Numbered from the stretch's first letter, positions 29,408-38,901 are shown. The stretch is 45,897 bases of DNA from Candidatus Bathyarchaeota archaeon (GCA_030602965.1 JAUVYS010000003.1:1-45897), one strand, 5' to 3'. Translations and numbers: made by a program. Notes: generated by a model not told the origin, from the sequence alone.

Positions 29408-30082
29408 TTGAAGAAGATTCCAAAAAACTTTGATGTCAAAAAAGCACGTGGCATTCAATCTGCACTAGCAAAGAGAGTGATAAAAAAAGATGTTCTTCCA
29501 TCATCTTTGAAGACGATTGCTGGTGTCGATGTTTCATATACTCAAAATCTTGCAGTTGCAGCTGTTGCAATACTAGATTACGACAATTTGGAAACTATCG
29601 AGGTACAGTTTAGTTTAGTCAAGATATGTTTCCCCTATGTACCTACTCTTTTATCATTTCGTGAGGCCCCAGCAATACTTAGTGTCTTAAAAAAGTTGAA
29701 GTCTGAACCAGATGTATGTCTTATTGATGGACATGGAGTAGCTCACCCCTACAGCTTTGGTTTGGCGTGTCACATTGGCGTCATCAAGAAAGTTCCAACG
29801 ATAGGTGTTGCTAAGAATAAACTTTTTGGTGAAGTCAGCAAATTTGAACATAATACAGCAAAAATTAAGGATAACAGTGAAGTCATAGGTCTAGCACTTC
29901 TGAAAAGCACATGCAGAAGACCATTATACATCAGTGTGGGTAACATGGTAAGCTTGGATAAAGCCCTAGAAATCGTAAAGCATTGCATTAGTAACAATTA
30001 TCGAACAGCAATACCGATTATGATTGCACATAAGTTAGCTAATAGGAAAAAACATAATTTGGTTAAGAGGATAAAAAAATGA
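29408..30082 (+). CDS. nfi: Endonuclease V
   Basis: AGVDVSY, FPYVPTLLSFRE, DGHGVAHP, GLACHIG, IGVAK. Confidence 0.95.
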   Translation: MKKIPKNFDVKKARGIQSALAKRVIKKDVLPSSLKTIAGVDVSYTQNLAVAAVAILDYDNLETIEVQFSLVKICFPYVPTLLSFREAPAILSVLKKLKSEPDVCLIDGHGVAHPYSFGLACHIGVIKKVPTIGVAKNKLFGEVSKFEHNTAKIKDNSEVIGLALLKSTCRRPLYISVGNMVSLDKALEIVKHCISNNYRTAIPIMIAHKLANRKKHNLVKRIKK

Positions 30083-30756
30083 AGCCAAGTCTTTGGAACA
30101 CCTTAAACAAACTCGCTTTATTGTTAACTCAGGAAAAATCTTTGAAAACTTCAACAACAAAGTTATCTGATAAATTAGGCCTCGCTCAACAGACTGTTTC
30201 ACGCCACTTAATTATGCTGGAAAGACTTGGTCTTATCGAAAGACATGTTACTGTCAAAGGCGAAGAAATAAAGATTACAAACAAAGGATTGGACGAGTTA
30301 AGAAATGTTTATTTTAAGCTAAAATCAATTTTTGAGGGAATTTCAGAAACCTTCATTTTTGAAGGAAGACTTTTTTCTGGAATTGGCGAAGCTGCTTACT
30401 ATATGAGTTTAAAAACATATCGTAACCAATTCATTGAAAAACTTGGTTTTGATCCTTATCCAGGAACATTAAACCTCAAACTTCTATCTACCTCTGACGT
30501 GATTGCAAAGAAGGAATTAGAAACACATTCAGGCATTGAAATTGAAAGTTTTAAAGATAAGAAGAGAACTTATGGTTCAGCCAAATGCTTTAAAGCAAAA
30601 ATAGATGACAAAATTGATGGCGCTGTTGTAATTATAGACCGCAGCCATTACAATGATTCTGTGCTTGAAGTCATAGCTCCAGTATATATTAGGGAAAAAT
30701 TAAGTCTAAAAGATGGAAACATTGTACGTGTTGAAACTTTTACTAAAACAGATTAA
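30079..30756 (+). CDS. ribK: CTP-dependent riboflavin kinase with N-terminal wHTH (RbkR-type)
   Basis: HTH QQTVSRHL; SGIGEAAYY, PYPGTLN, EVIAP..IR..L.LKDG. Confidence 0.93.
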   Translation: MKPSLWNTLNKLALLLTQEKSLKTSTTKLSDKLGLAQQTVSRHLIMLERLGLIERHVTVKGEEIKITNKGLDELRNVYFKLKSIFEGISETFIFEGRLFSGIGEAAYYMSLKTYRNQFIEKLGFDPYPGTLNLKLLSTSDVIAKKELETHSGIEIESFKDKKRTYGSAKCFKAKIDDKIDGAVVIIDRSHYNDSVLEVIAPVYIREKLSLKDGNIVRVETFTKTD

Positions 30757-30816
30757 GCGCAAAAATTGAACTTTGTTTAATAATAGATTTTTTATAAAAA
30801 AACAAGTAAATTTATG

Positions 30817-31278
30817 CTATTTCCACTCTTTAACTATTTTCCGTTTAATCATTGAAGAGCTATTTAAATCAGAAGCTGCAAATTCTCGGATTTTTACAAC
30901 CTTAACTTTTAGATCTAACTTGGCGACCGCTTTTTTCACTGCCTTCTCAATGTAGTCTTGATCATAACCAAGAGCGATGATGTCTGGCTTAATCTTTCTC
31001 ATTACCTCCTCAATATTCAGATCTTCGTAACCTAGAATAGCTTCATCAACGGGTTTTAGGGATTCAACTAACGCTCTCCGTTGATCCTCAGGTATAATGG
31101 GTTTTTTGCCTTTCAATCGCTTAACAGTACTATCTCTAGCTACTACTACAATAAGCTTAGAATTGTCACCTCCAACTTTCTTAGCTTCTTCCAGTGAGAG
31201 AATATGCCCATAATGTAAAAGATCAAATACCCCTGAAGCCAATACTATGATATTCTTATTTTTTCCCAATTTTTTCAC
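30817..31278 (-). CDS. ribL: FAD synthase (cytidylyltransferase family)
   Basis: GVFDLLHYGH, VARD, PDIIALGYDQ, SSS; next to ribK. Confidence 0.88.
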   Translation of the reverse strand: MKKLGKNKNIIVLASGVFDLLHYGHILSLEEAKKVGGDNSKLIVVVARDSTVKRLKGKKPIIPEDQRRALVESLKPVDEAILGYEDLNIEEVMRKIKPDIIALGYDQDYIEKAVKKAVAKLDLKVKVVKIREFAASDLNSSSMIKRKIVKEWK

Positions 31279-31355
31279 ATCAAACAGTCTATTCGTACAT
31301 CTTGCGAATCTTATGTAGTTAGATTTTGTTTTCTCAATTATTTTAATGTAAATGG

Positions 31356-31461
31356 TGGCGGGCCCGGAGGGATTTGAACCCTCGGCCTTCGGGTTAAGAG
31401 CCTCAGCCTCAAAGAGGTAAACCTCAGAGACCGCTGCACTACCTAACTATGCTACGGGCCC
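31356..31461 (-). tRNA. tRNA-Lys(CTT) with 29-nt intron at 30/31 (31402-31430); CCA encoded
   Basis: Acceptor GGGCCCG/CGGGCCC, loop CT-CTT-AA, T arm GAGGG-TTCAAAT-CCCTC; central helix CAGC/GCTG with 3-nt bulges GG^T and AG^G. Confidence 0.92.
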
Positions 31462-31564
31462 TCAAGGGAAAGGAAAATGATTGTTCATTTTATAAGTTTT
31501 ATTAAAATAAGTTGCTGGAAATGATCGAAAGAAATTCAACCTGAAAAACTATGCCAAAAAATAT

Positions 31565-31826
31565 TCAAGTAGAAACCTTTTTTTCCAACATTTTCTTTAG
31601 ACGATATATTTCGTTTAAAAGATCTTGTGTTTCAACTTCTTTTACAGTTTTTACTCCTTTTTATTACTGGAATTACGATCTTTTTTCTCCTTCTTTGAAT
31701 TAAAACACCAACGGCTACAAATGAACACAAAATAAACACTAGAATTAATAGATTATGTAGAAAAGTTTGTGTCCAATCCCCCTTTTTCTGATTGGCGGTA
31801 AAAGTTTGTACTCTAATATTGTCAAA
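31565..31826 (-). pseudogene. Start-less remnant of a C-terminally membrane-anchored protein gene
   Basis: Frame reads ...LHNLLILVFILCSFVAVGVLIQRRRKK; after a frameshift, KEVETQDLLNEIYRLKKMLEKKVST*. Confidence 0.45.
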
Positions 31827-31942
31827 TTATATGCGAACACATTAGGTCAATTTATTTAACATATGACCTAGCCTTCAACCGTTTCTCGCACACACATAAG
31901 TTAACTTTTAAGATTCAAAATCGCAAATAAGATTGAAAAACC

Positions 31943-33010
31943 GTGTCAAAGGCATACTGTCTCAAGATTTCGAAAAAGCTTGGAGAAAAAGCTATACAAC
32001 TAATTAAAAGCCTAAATCTACTGAATCCCGACCTTAAAATCGCAAAAGAAGAAGACACGCTCTTAATTCCTCTCATTAGAGAACCAAGAAACACCGTAAT
32101 GACAAGAATTAAGCAAAATATTGACCCTGTTGAATTATCCACCTCAAATTTTCAATTAAAAAGAAAAAAAACTCAAACATTAAGCGCAGTCTTAAAGGAG
32201 ATTATCCCGCCACATCTTCTATTAAGTCTACCAAAGTCTTACGATATAACTGGCCAAGTAATTATTATTGAAGTACCCCCTGACCTCAATGAATATGAAA
32301 AACAATTAGGCGAAGGTCTCATTAAGATTTATCCAAAAATAAAGACAGTTTTGTCAAAACAAAGTGCAATTTCTGGTGAGAGCCGTCTTCGAAGATATAA
32401 AATCATAGCTGGATCTGGCGAAACAGAAACAGTTCATAAAGAAAATGGCTGCCTTTATCACATTGACCCTGTAAAAGCCTATTTTAGCCCTCGCCTATCC
32501 TTTGAACACAACAGAGTTTCAAACAATGTAAAAAATGGAGAAAATGTCATCGATATGTTTGCGGGTGTAGGTCCTTTTACCATTCAAATTGCAAAAAGAC
32601 ATAAGGATGTCAAAATCTATGCAATAGATCTAAATCCTGATGCTTTCCAATTCCTTGAAAAAAACATCGAAACCAACAAAGTCAAAAGTAAAGTCGTACC
32701 CATTCTTGGAGATGCCAGGGAGATTATTGAAAGAGACTTGATTGGAACTGCAGATCGAATTATCATGAATTTGCCAAAAGATTCAATCAAATTCATCGAC
32801 ACAGCATGCAAGGGGATCAAATCTTCAGGTGGAATTATTCACTACTATGAGTTTGCGGGTGGAAATGAATTGTTCAAAAGGGCTAAAGAAAGATTACGAA
32901 ATGCAGTATTAAAGAATGGAAGAAAAATTAAAAGCACCACCACTTATAGAAAAGTCAGAGCAACAGCGCCTTATGAGTGGCAAATAGTATTAGACGCCCT
33001 TATTCATTAA
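31943..33010 (+). CDS. trm5: tRNA (guanine37-N1)-methyltransferase Trm5
   Basis: SYDITG, HKENGC, YFSPRL, DMFAGVGPF, IDLNP, IIMNLP, HYY. Confidence 0.93.
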   Translation: MSKAYCLKISKKLGEKAIQLIKSLNLLNPDLKIAKEEDTLLIPLIREPRNTVMTRIKQNIDPVELSTSNFQLKRKKTQTLSAVLKEIIPPHLLLSLPKSYDITGQVIIIEVPPDLNEYEKQLGEGLIKIYPKIKTVLSKQSAISGESRLRRYKIIAGSGETETVHKENGCLYHIDPVKAYFSPRLSFEHNRVSNNVKNGENVIDMFAGVGPFTIQIAKRHKDVKIYAIDLNPDAFQFLEKNIETNKVKSKVVPILGDAREIIERDLIGTADRIIMNLPKDSIKFIDTACKGIKSSGGIIHYYEFAGGNELFKRAKERLRNAVLKNGRKIKSTTTYRKVRATAPYEWQIVLDALIH

Positions 33011-33431
33011 TTTCAGTTATTAATGTTATTAAGATTTTTTGATTGGGCCTTTGAATTTTTGTTATAAATTCAGTAGAAAAATCAATGGCTGCTTTATTAG
33101 ATTTTACCATGAGAGTTCTTCCACAATGGAAATCACTCATCCTTGCAACTAGATCTGAAGGATGGGTAAAAGTTAAGCCTGGTCCTCCAAAGCCAAGGGT
33201 TGTCTCTATTAAACCATCTACCTCAATTGTCACAGATATTTTTGCATCTTTTTTTTTAGCTAATTGTTTAAAGTCGAGATTCAATTCAGATGCTCCTTTA
33301 GAAGCGTTAACAGCTATTATGCAGTCCCCTTTTTTAGTTAAATAAGACTCTGTTGTTATCTCGAAAGTGGATTTGTTTCTTGCAGTTATGTTTTTGTGGC
33401 CCCAGCCAACAATTTCTTCGAACACTTTCAA
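33000..33431 (-). CDS. DUF371 domain protein
   Basis: GHKNITARNKSTFEIT...LTKKGDCII, DLVARMS, KAAID. Confidence 0.88.
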   Translation of the reverse strand: MKVFEEIVGWGHKNITARNKSTFEITTESYLTKKGDCIIAVNASKGASELNLDFKQLAKKKDAKISVTIEVDGLIETTLGFGGPGLTFTHPSDLVARMSDFHCGRTLMVKSNKAAIDFSTEFITKIQRPNQKILITLITEINE

Positions 33432-33483
33432 TTAAAGCACTATAATTTATTATACTATGAATTATTGAATTAACGTGTTTTTG

Positions 33484-33537
33484 TAAAGGTTTAAATATTA
33501 CCATTAAGTAACTTAAAATAAATTACCAAAAGGTAAT
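33484..33537 (+). promoter_or_regulatory. BRE/TATA followed by two TTAC-N6-GTAA palindromes (putative operator)
   Basis: TAAAGG-TTTAAATA (TATA 33490-33497); TTACcattaaGTAA 33498-33511; ATTACCaaaaGGTAAT 33522-33537. Confidence 0.6.
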
Positions 33538-33548
33538 AAGTGTCAACA

Positions 33549-33965
33549 ATGACGTTTAAATTAGTTCTCTTAAAAGACAACAAAGTAGTCTGGGAAATGC
33601 CACTTTTCACAAAAGAGTGGATAAAAGAGGATTTAAACGAAGAACTAGAAGAATTAGAAAACGAGTTTGATAGAATATCTAAAATCTTTGATGCTTTATC
33701 TAACAAAAACAGGTTGATGATGATGAAAAGCCTCATAGAAGAGGAAACCACGCTTCACTTCTCTGATTTAATGAGAGACCTAAGAATGAACCCTAAAATT
33801 GTAAGAGAGAGTGCTTTAAAGCTCAGGAACGGTGGTCTCCTAGAACAGCCAGACAGAGGCGAGTACCAGTGCTCAAGAACAGGGCAAGTTTCTTTTTTTA
33901 CACTTCCTCTAGTTTTAAAACGCTTACTCAAAACTTTAGATGAAATTGATGAAGAGATGGTTTAG
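33549..33965 (+). CDS. Winged-helix (ArsR-like) transcriptional regulator
   Basis: IFDALSNKNRLMMM...FSDLMRDLRMNPKIV...LRNGGLL...GEY; ATG 33549 (GTG 33540 possible). Confidence 0.8.
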   Translation: MTFKLVLLKDNKVVWEMPLFTKEWIKEDLNEELEELENEFDRISKIFDALSNKNRLMMMKSLIEEETTLHFSDLMRDLRMNPKIVRESALKLRNGGLLEQPDRGEYQCSRTGQVSFFTLPLVLKRLLKTLDEIDEEMV

Positions 33966-34046
33966 TTAAAAATACTTATTATTAAAAAGTCTATAAAAGA
34001 CAACGATTTAAAAATTTGTTAATTAATAGAAGAAAATGGTGACAAC

Positions 34047-36227
34047 GTGATGGTTAAAGAAATGCAATTAAAGGTAGCTGAAGCCAAGCAACGTGACATA
34101 GGTAGAGGAAAAGCAAGATTAGATAGTGATGGGATGCAAGCTCTAGGCATAACTACAGGAGACATCATCCAGATAACTGGAAAAAGAGACACTACGGCCG
34201 TTGCGTGGCCAGCTTATCCTGAAGACCAAGGTAAGCAAATCATTCGAATAGATGGCATAATTAGAAGAAACGCTAAAGTTGCTTTAAATGACTATATAAT
34301 TATTAAAGGTGTAGAGGCAAAAGGAGCTCAGACTGTTGTATTGGCACCTATTGACATGCGCCTTAATATTGACCAGGATTTCACAGGTTTTGTGAAGAAT
34401 AGGTTACTCGAGCTCCCATTAGTAGAAGGCGATTCTGTTTTCGTAATGATAATGGGCAGTGCTATTCCATTCTCTGTTGTTCGAATTAGACCTCGCGGAA
34501 TAGTAAAAGTTACACAGTCAACAAACTTTCAGATACTAAGTGAACCAACTCCTGAGAAGAAGGGAATTCCTATAGTCACGTACGAAGATGTTGGAGGTCT
34601 TCATGAAGAAATTCGCAGACTTAGAGAGATGGTAGAGCTTCCACTCCGTCATCCTGAGCTTTTTCAACGGCTTGGCATTGAACCTCCAAAGGGAGTACTT
34701 CTTCAGGGTCCTCCTGGATGTGGCAAAACACTTCTAGCGAAGGCTGTTGCCAATGAATCGGAAGCTAACTTTTATGTAATCAATGGTCCAGAGATTATGA
34801 GCAAATATTATGGCGAGTCAGAAAAGAGGTTACGGCAAGTCTTTCAGAAGGCTCAAGAGAATTCCCCAAGCATCTTATTTATCGATGAATTGGACGCGAT
34901 AGCGCCAAAACGAGAAGAAGTAAGTGGTGAAGTAGAAAGAAGAGTTGTTGCTCAGCTTCTCTCTTTAATGGATGGGCTTGAAGCCAGAGGCGACGTAATA
35001 GTTATCGGTGCAACAAACAGAGTGAATGCTATTGATCCTGCTTTAAGAAGGCCAGGGCGATTTGACCGAGAAATTGAGATTGGTGTTCCCGATAAAAATG
35101 GACGGTATGAAATACTTCAGATTCAAACAAGGGGAATGCCATTATATGAGGATGTTGATCTAATGAAATTAAGAAACGTGACTCATGGATATACAGGTGC
35201 AGATATTGCTGCTCTTGCTCGTGAAGCAGCAATGAAAAGTCTTCGGCGTTATCTTCCTGAAATAAACCTAGAGGATGAGAAAGTCGCACCTCAAATCTTG
35301 GAAAAGATGGAAGTAAAAATGGAAGATTTCTTAGCAGCCTTCAGAGAAATAACCCCAACAGCTATGAGGGAAGTTTACATTGAAGTGCCAACCACACGGT
35401 GGAGCGATATAGGAGGATTAGAAGAGTCAAAACAATTACTCAAAGAGTCGGTGGAATGGCCAATAAATAACCCAAGCATCTTTTCCAGAATGGGAATTAA
35501 ATCTCCAAAAGGCATTCTATTACATGGTCCACCGGGATGTGGAAAAACACTCCTAGCTAGAGCAGTTGCTACAGAAAGCGAAGCAAACTTCATTAGCATA
35601 AAGGGGCCAGAGGTCTTCAGTAAGTGGGTTGGAGAATCAGAAAAAGCAATAAGGGAAATCTTCAGGAAAGGACGTACCGCGGCTCCATCGGTAATCTTCA
35701 TTGATGAGCTTGATTCTATTGTACCTAGAAGAGGAGTTGGTTACGCCGACTCCGGAGTGTCTCAAAGAGTCCTAAGCCAACTTCTAACAGAGCTAGATGG
35801 TTTGGTATCTCTACAGAGTGTTGTTGTTATTGGAGCGACAAATAGACCCGACATAATAGATCCTGCGCTCATGAGACCAGGCCGATTTGACAGAATGATC
35901 TATGTCCCAGCTCCAGAAGACAAGAGCCGCCTTCAAATATTTAAAATATATACAAAAGATATGCCCCTAACCAATGATGTTGATATAGAAGAACTCACCA
36001 AAAGAACTAAAGGATATTCAGGCGCAGACATAGAAGCAATATGCAGAGAAGCTGGAATGAATGCCTTAAGACGGAACATTGAGGAGAAAAAGGTTAAACT
36101 TGAAGACTTCAATAAAGCAATAGAAAATTCTGCTCCAAGCATCACTCCTCAAATGGAAAAGTGGTATCAGAACGTAGCTAAACAATTTAAGAGACAAACG
36201 GTTAAACCTGCAATGCCCGTAGCATAA
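34047..36227 (+). CDS. cdc48: CDC48/VCP (VAT) AAA+ ATPase
   Basis: N domain plus two AAA modules (GPPGCGKT twice, FIDELD, RPGRFDR). Confidence 0.97.
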   Translation: MMVKEMQLKVAEAKQRDIGRGKARLDSDGMQALGITTGDIIQITGKRDTTAVAWPAYPEDQGKQIIRIDGIIRRNAKVALNDYIIIKGVEAKGAQTVVLAPIDMRLNIDQDFTGFVKNRLLELPLVEGDSVFVMIMGSAIPFSVVRIRPRGIVKVTQSTNFQILSEPTPEKKGIPIVTYEDVGGLHEEIRRLREMVELPLRHPELFQRLGIEPPKGVLLQGPPGCGKTLLAKAVANESEANFYVINGPEIMSKYYGESEKRLRQVFQKAQENSPSILFIDELDAIAPKREEVSGEVERRVVAQLLSLMDGLEARGDVIVIGATNRVNAIDPALRRPGRFDREIEIGVPDKNGRYEILQIQTRGMPLYEDVDLMKLRNVTHGYTGADIAALAREAAMKSLRRYLPEINLEDEKVAPQILEKMEVKMEDFLAAFREITPTAMREVYIEVPTTRWSDIGGLEESKQLLKESVEWPINNPSIFSRMGIKSPKGILLHGPPGCGKTLLARAVATESEANFISIKGPEVFSKWVGESEKAIREIFRKGRTAAPSVIFIDELDSIVPRRGVGYADSGVSQRVLSQLLTELDGLVSLQSVVVIGATNRPDIIDPALMRPGRFDRMIYVPAPEDKSRLQIFKIYTKDMPLTNDVDIEELTKRTKGYSGADIEAICREAGMNALRRNIEEKKVKLEDFNKAIENSAPSITPQMEKWYQNVAKQFKRQTVKPAMPVA

Positions 36228-36238
36228 GAAACCAAGAG

Positions 36239-36484
36239 ATGAAAAATATTTTGCAACAAAACTGGGAAATCATTCCACTGCACACTTATATTGTTGAACT
36301 GCTTGAAAAGAACAAAGGCACATACACTGACGACGAACTTTTCAAAGTTTTAAAAGAAAAAAACAACGACCTTAGCATGAGAACCTTCAACAAAACACTG
36401 ATGAATCTAGAAGTAAGTGGCTTAGTACGAGTTACCTACTTAACGAAAAAAAAACGCAACATCGAACTGATAGCAAATACGTGA
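36239..36484 (+). CDS. Small winged-helix hypothetical protein
   Basis: 81 aa; IVELL...TDDELF..L...FNKTLMNLEVSGLVRV has a wHTH pattern; tightly packed between cdc48 and fen. Confidence 0.7.
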   Translation: MKNILQQNWEIIPLHTYIVELLEKNKGTYTDDELFKVLKEKNNDLSMRTFNKTLMNLEVSGLVRVTYLTKKKRNIELIANT

Positions 36485-36495
36485 AGGCGCATGCC

Positions 36496-37530
36496 TTGGG
36501 AGCGCAATTAAGCGATCTTGCACAACATAAGAAAATAGAATTAACCAACATCTCAGGAAAAGCTATAGCTATAGATGCATATAACACTCTATACCAATTT
36601 TTATCAAGAATAAGAGGAGTGAATGGCACTCCTCTTAAAGACAGAAGTGGAAGAATTACAAGCCATCTAAGCGGACTCCTGTATCGTACATCTAATTTTG
36701 TTGAAGCAGGTATCAAGCCAGCATTCATCTTTGACGGAATTCCCCCAATCCTTAAAGAGATGGAAATTAAACGAAGAAAACATGCCAAAAAAGTTGCTTT
36801 AGAAAAATACAAAAAGGCATTGAAAGAAGGAAAAAAAGAAGACGCTCAGAAATATGCACAAGCAATGTCTCAACTGGAAAAATATATGGTTGAAGGAGCA
36901 AAACACCTCCTCACCTTGATGAGCATACCGTGGATTCAAGCACCATCAGAAGGAGAAGCTCAAGCTGCCCACATGACGATTAAAAACGATGTATGGGCAA
37001 CCGCAAGCCAAGACTATGATGCCCTACTCTTTGGCGCCCCAAAACTTATTCGAAATCTGAGCATAACTGGAAGACGAAAACTACCCAGAAAGAAAGTGTA
37101 TGTTGAAGTAAGACCTGAATTGATAGAGCTTGATCAAGTTCTAACCAAGTTAGACATAACACGGCAACAACTCATAGCAATCGCCATATTAATTGGAACC
37201 GACTTCAATCCAGATGGAATAAAAGGCATCGGACCAAAAAAAGCACTACAACTAGTAAAAAAACATGGCAACCTCCAAAATATTATTGCAAATCTTGAAC
37301 AAGTGAAATTTCAAACCGATCCAAAGATGATAGAACAAATCTTTTTGAAACCTAAGGTAACAAATGATTATAAATTAAATTGGAAAAAACCTGACATCGA
37401 TGGTGTTTTGGACTTTTTATGTAATGAACATGATTTTTCAAGAAACAGAGTTCAAAAAACACTTGAAAAGATGACTATAGGATACACAGAAGTAGAGAAA
37501 AAAACTACACTTGAAAAATGGTTTACTTGA
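36496..37530 (+). CDS. fen: Flap endonuclease 1
   Basis: AIDAYNTLYQFL, ITSHLSGL, APSEGEAQAA, SQDYD, GTDFN, GIGPK; start TTG 36496 (MGAQL). Confidence 0.96.
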   Translation: MGAQLSDLAQHKKIELTNISGKAIAIDAYNTLYQFLSRIRGVNGTPLKDRSGRITSHLSGLLYRTSNFVEAGIKPAFIFDGIPPILKEMEIKRRKHAKKVALEKYKKALKEGKKEDAQKYAQAMSQLEKYMVEGAKHLLTLMSIPWIQAPSEGEAQAAHMTIKNDVWATASQDYDALLFGAPKLIRNLSITGRRKLPRKKVYVEVRPELIELDQVLTKLDITRQQLIAIAILIGTDFNPDGIKGIGPKKALQLVKKHGNLQNIIANLEQVKFQTDPKMIEQIFLKPKVTNDYKLNWKKPDIDGVLDFLCNEHDFSRNRVQKTLEKMTIGYTEVEKKTTLEKWFT

Positions 37531-37547
37531 CTCATTAAATTCACAGT

Positions 37548-38237
37548 CTATTTAAAACCATGTTCTCCATGCAAAGGCACAAATGCAACAGAACCCAAGT
37601 TATATTCAAAAATCTTTCCATCTAAGTTCTTTTCAAATTTTAATAAACTTTGGAAAAGATGTAAACCCCCTACTGGAATCAATAGTATACCTCCTTGCTC
37701 AAGTTGATCAAGTAAAGGAGGAGGTGCACTTGGCGCTGCTGCTGTCACGTAAATCCTATCAAATGGAGCTTCAGATGAAAGACCCAAACCTCCATCACCA
37801 TGTAAAACAGTGATTCTACCTCCATATTCAGCCTTCTCAATGTTTTTTCGAGCAAGTTCTACAAGTTCCGGAATTATGTCAATACTGTAAACGTGTCCCC
37901 ACCGACTCTTTTTAACATTCAACGGAGCAACGATCTCCGCAACTGTACAAGCATGATATCCACAACCAGCTCCAATCTCTAACACTTTCTGCCCAACCTT
38001 AAATTTACACTGCTCATTCATTATGCTCACCATATGGATTGCAGATATCGTTTGGTTATAACCAATTGGTAAAGGCCGGTCAACATATGAATAGTCCTTG
38101 ATGTCTTCTGGTATGAATTGTTCTCTAGGAACTTGTCTCATCGCTCTGATAACATCTGAAGATTGTAGAATACCTTCATTGATCAATCGAGAAATAACTC
38201 TTTTTTTCTGTTCCTTTACACCAGTCTTGAACGACAA
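37548..38237 (-). CDS. pcm: Protein-L-isoaspartate O-methyltransferase
   Basis: VPREQF, QTISAIHM, VLEIGAGCGY, APFDRI, LLDQL, FVPL. Confidence 0.95.
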   Translation of the reverse strand: MSFKTGVKEQKKRVISRLINEGILQSSDVIRAMRQVPREQFIPEDIKDYSYVDRPLPIGYNQTISAIHMVSIMNEQCKFKVGQKVLEIGAGCGYHACTVAEIVAPLNVKKSRWGHVYSIDIIPELVELARKNIEKAEYGGRITVLHGDGGLGLSSEAPFDRIYVTAAAPSAPPPLLDQLEQGGILLIPVGGLHLFQSLLKFEKNLDGKIFEYNLGSVAFVPLHGEHGFK

Positions 38238-38364
38238 TTTTAATCATTAAGTTATGATTTTGAACCTTTTAAAGTAAAAAAAACCTGACTTCAAATCCAA
38301 AATAAATTAAATTTATTTAAAGAACAATGGACATAAACTCGCAAGATCAGATAATCCTTTCAGA

Positions 38365-38631
38365 TCATATTCTTCTTACCATAAGGACGTCTATTTCACT
38401 CACTCCCTTCACTTTTTTAATAGCCTCTTCAATTTGATCCATCATACCACCCTCTTCGGGCATAATAACAAAGGCAACAACAGCGACGACGCCAAAAGCT
38501 ATTGGCTCCTCCTCAAACTTATGAATAGAGACTTTATCTGGAAGGGAATCTTGAATGGTTTTCTTTAATTTGTTCAAATCAACTTTAACGCTTTTGGGAA
38601 AAATTTTGAAAACACCAACAACTTGCTTCAT
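38365..38631 (-). CDS. ef1b: Elongation factor 1-beta
   Basis: KIFP, EEPIAFG, GVSEIDV; start moved to ATG 38631. Confidence 0.93.
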   Translation of the reverse strand: MKQVVGVFKIFPKSVKVDLNKLKKTIQDSLPDKVSIHKFEEEPIAFGVVAVVAFVIMPEEGGMMDQIEEAIKKVKGVSEIDVLMVRRI

Positions 38632-38642
38632 AATAATCACTC

Positions 38643-38828
38643 TCATGGTCCCGTGAAACCGCATTTAGGACATTTATAAGTTCTTCCGAAAAGACGGCAT
38701 CTTTCGCAACGCCACATCAAAATTTCGCCGCAAGAAGGACAGGAGAACTTTACTGCTTTCTCGTCTACAACTATGTTATGTCCACATGAGATGCATATGG
38801 GCATCTTAACAGTTGTCTTCTTGCTCAT
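38643..38828 (-). CDS. Zn-ribbon protein (DUF1610/HVO_2753-like)
   Basis: CISCG, FSCPSCG, RCERCR, YKCPKCGFTGP; canonical ef1b neighbour. Confidence 0.9.
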   Translation of the reverse strand: MSKKTTVKMPICISCGHNIVVDEKAVKFSCPSCGEILMWRCERCRLFGRTYKCPKCGFTGP

Positions 38829-38901
38829 ATCATGTCTCATCCAAACGTTTTGACAAATAAACAATATATTGCCTATTTATGCCTTCCCATGTATAAAATG
38901 T

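Noticed and set aside
31402-31430. Nested second intron within the tRNA-Lys intron
   Set aside because: The GAGG/CCTC hairpin has only a 4-nt loop and cannot supply a second bulge
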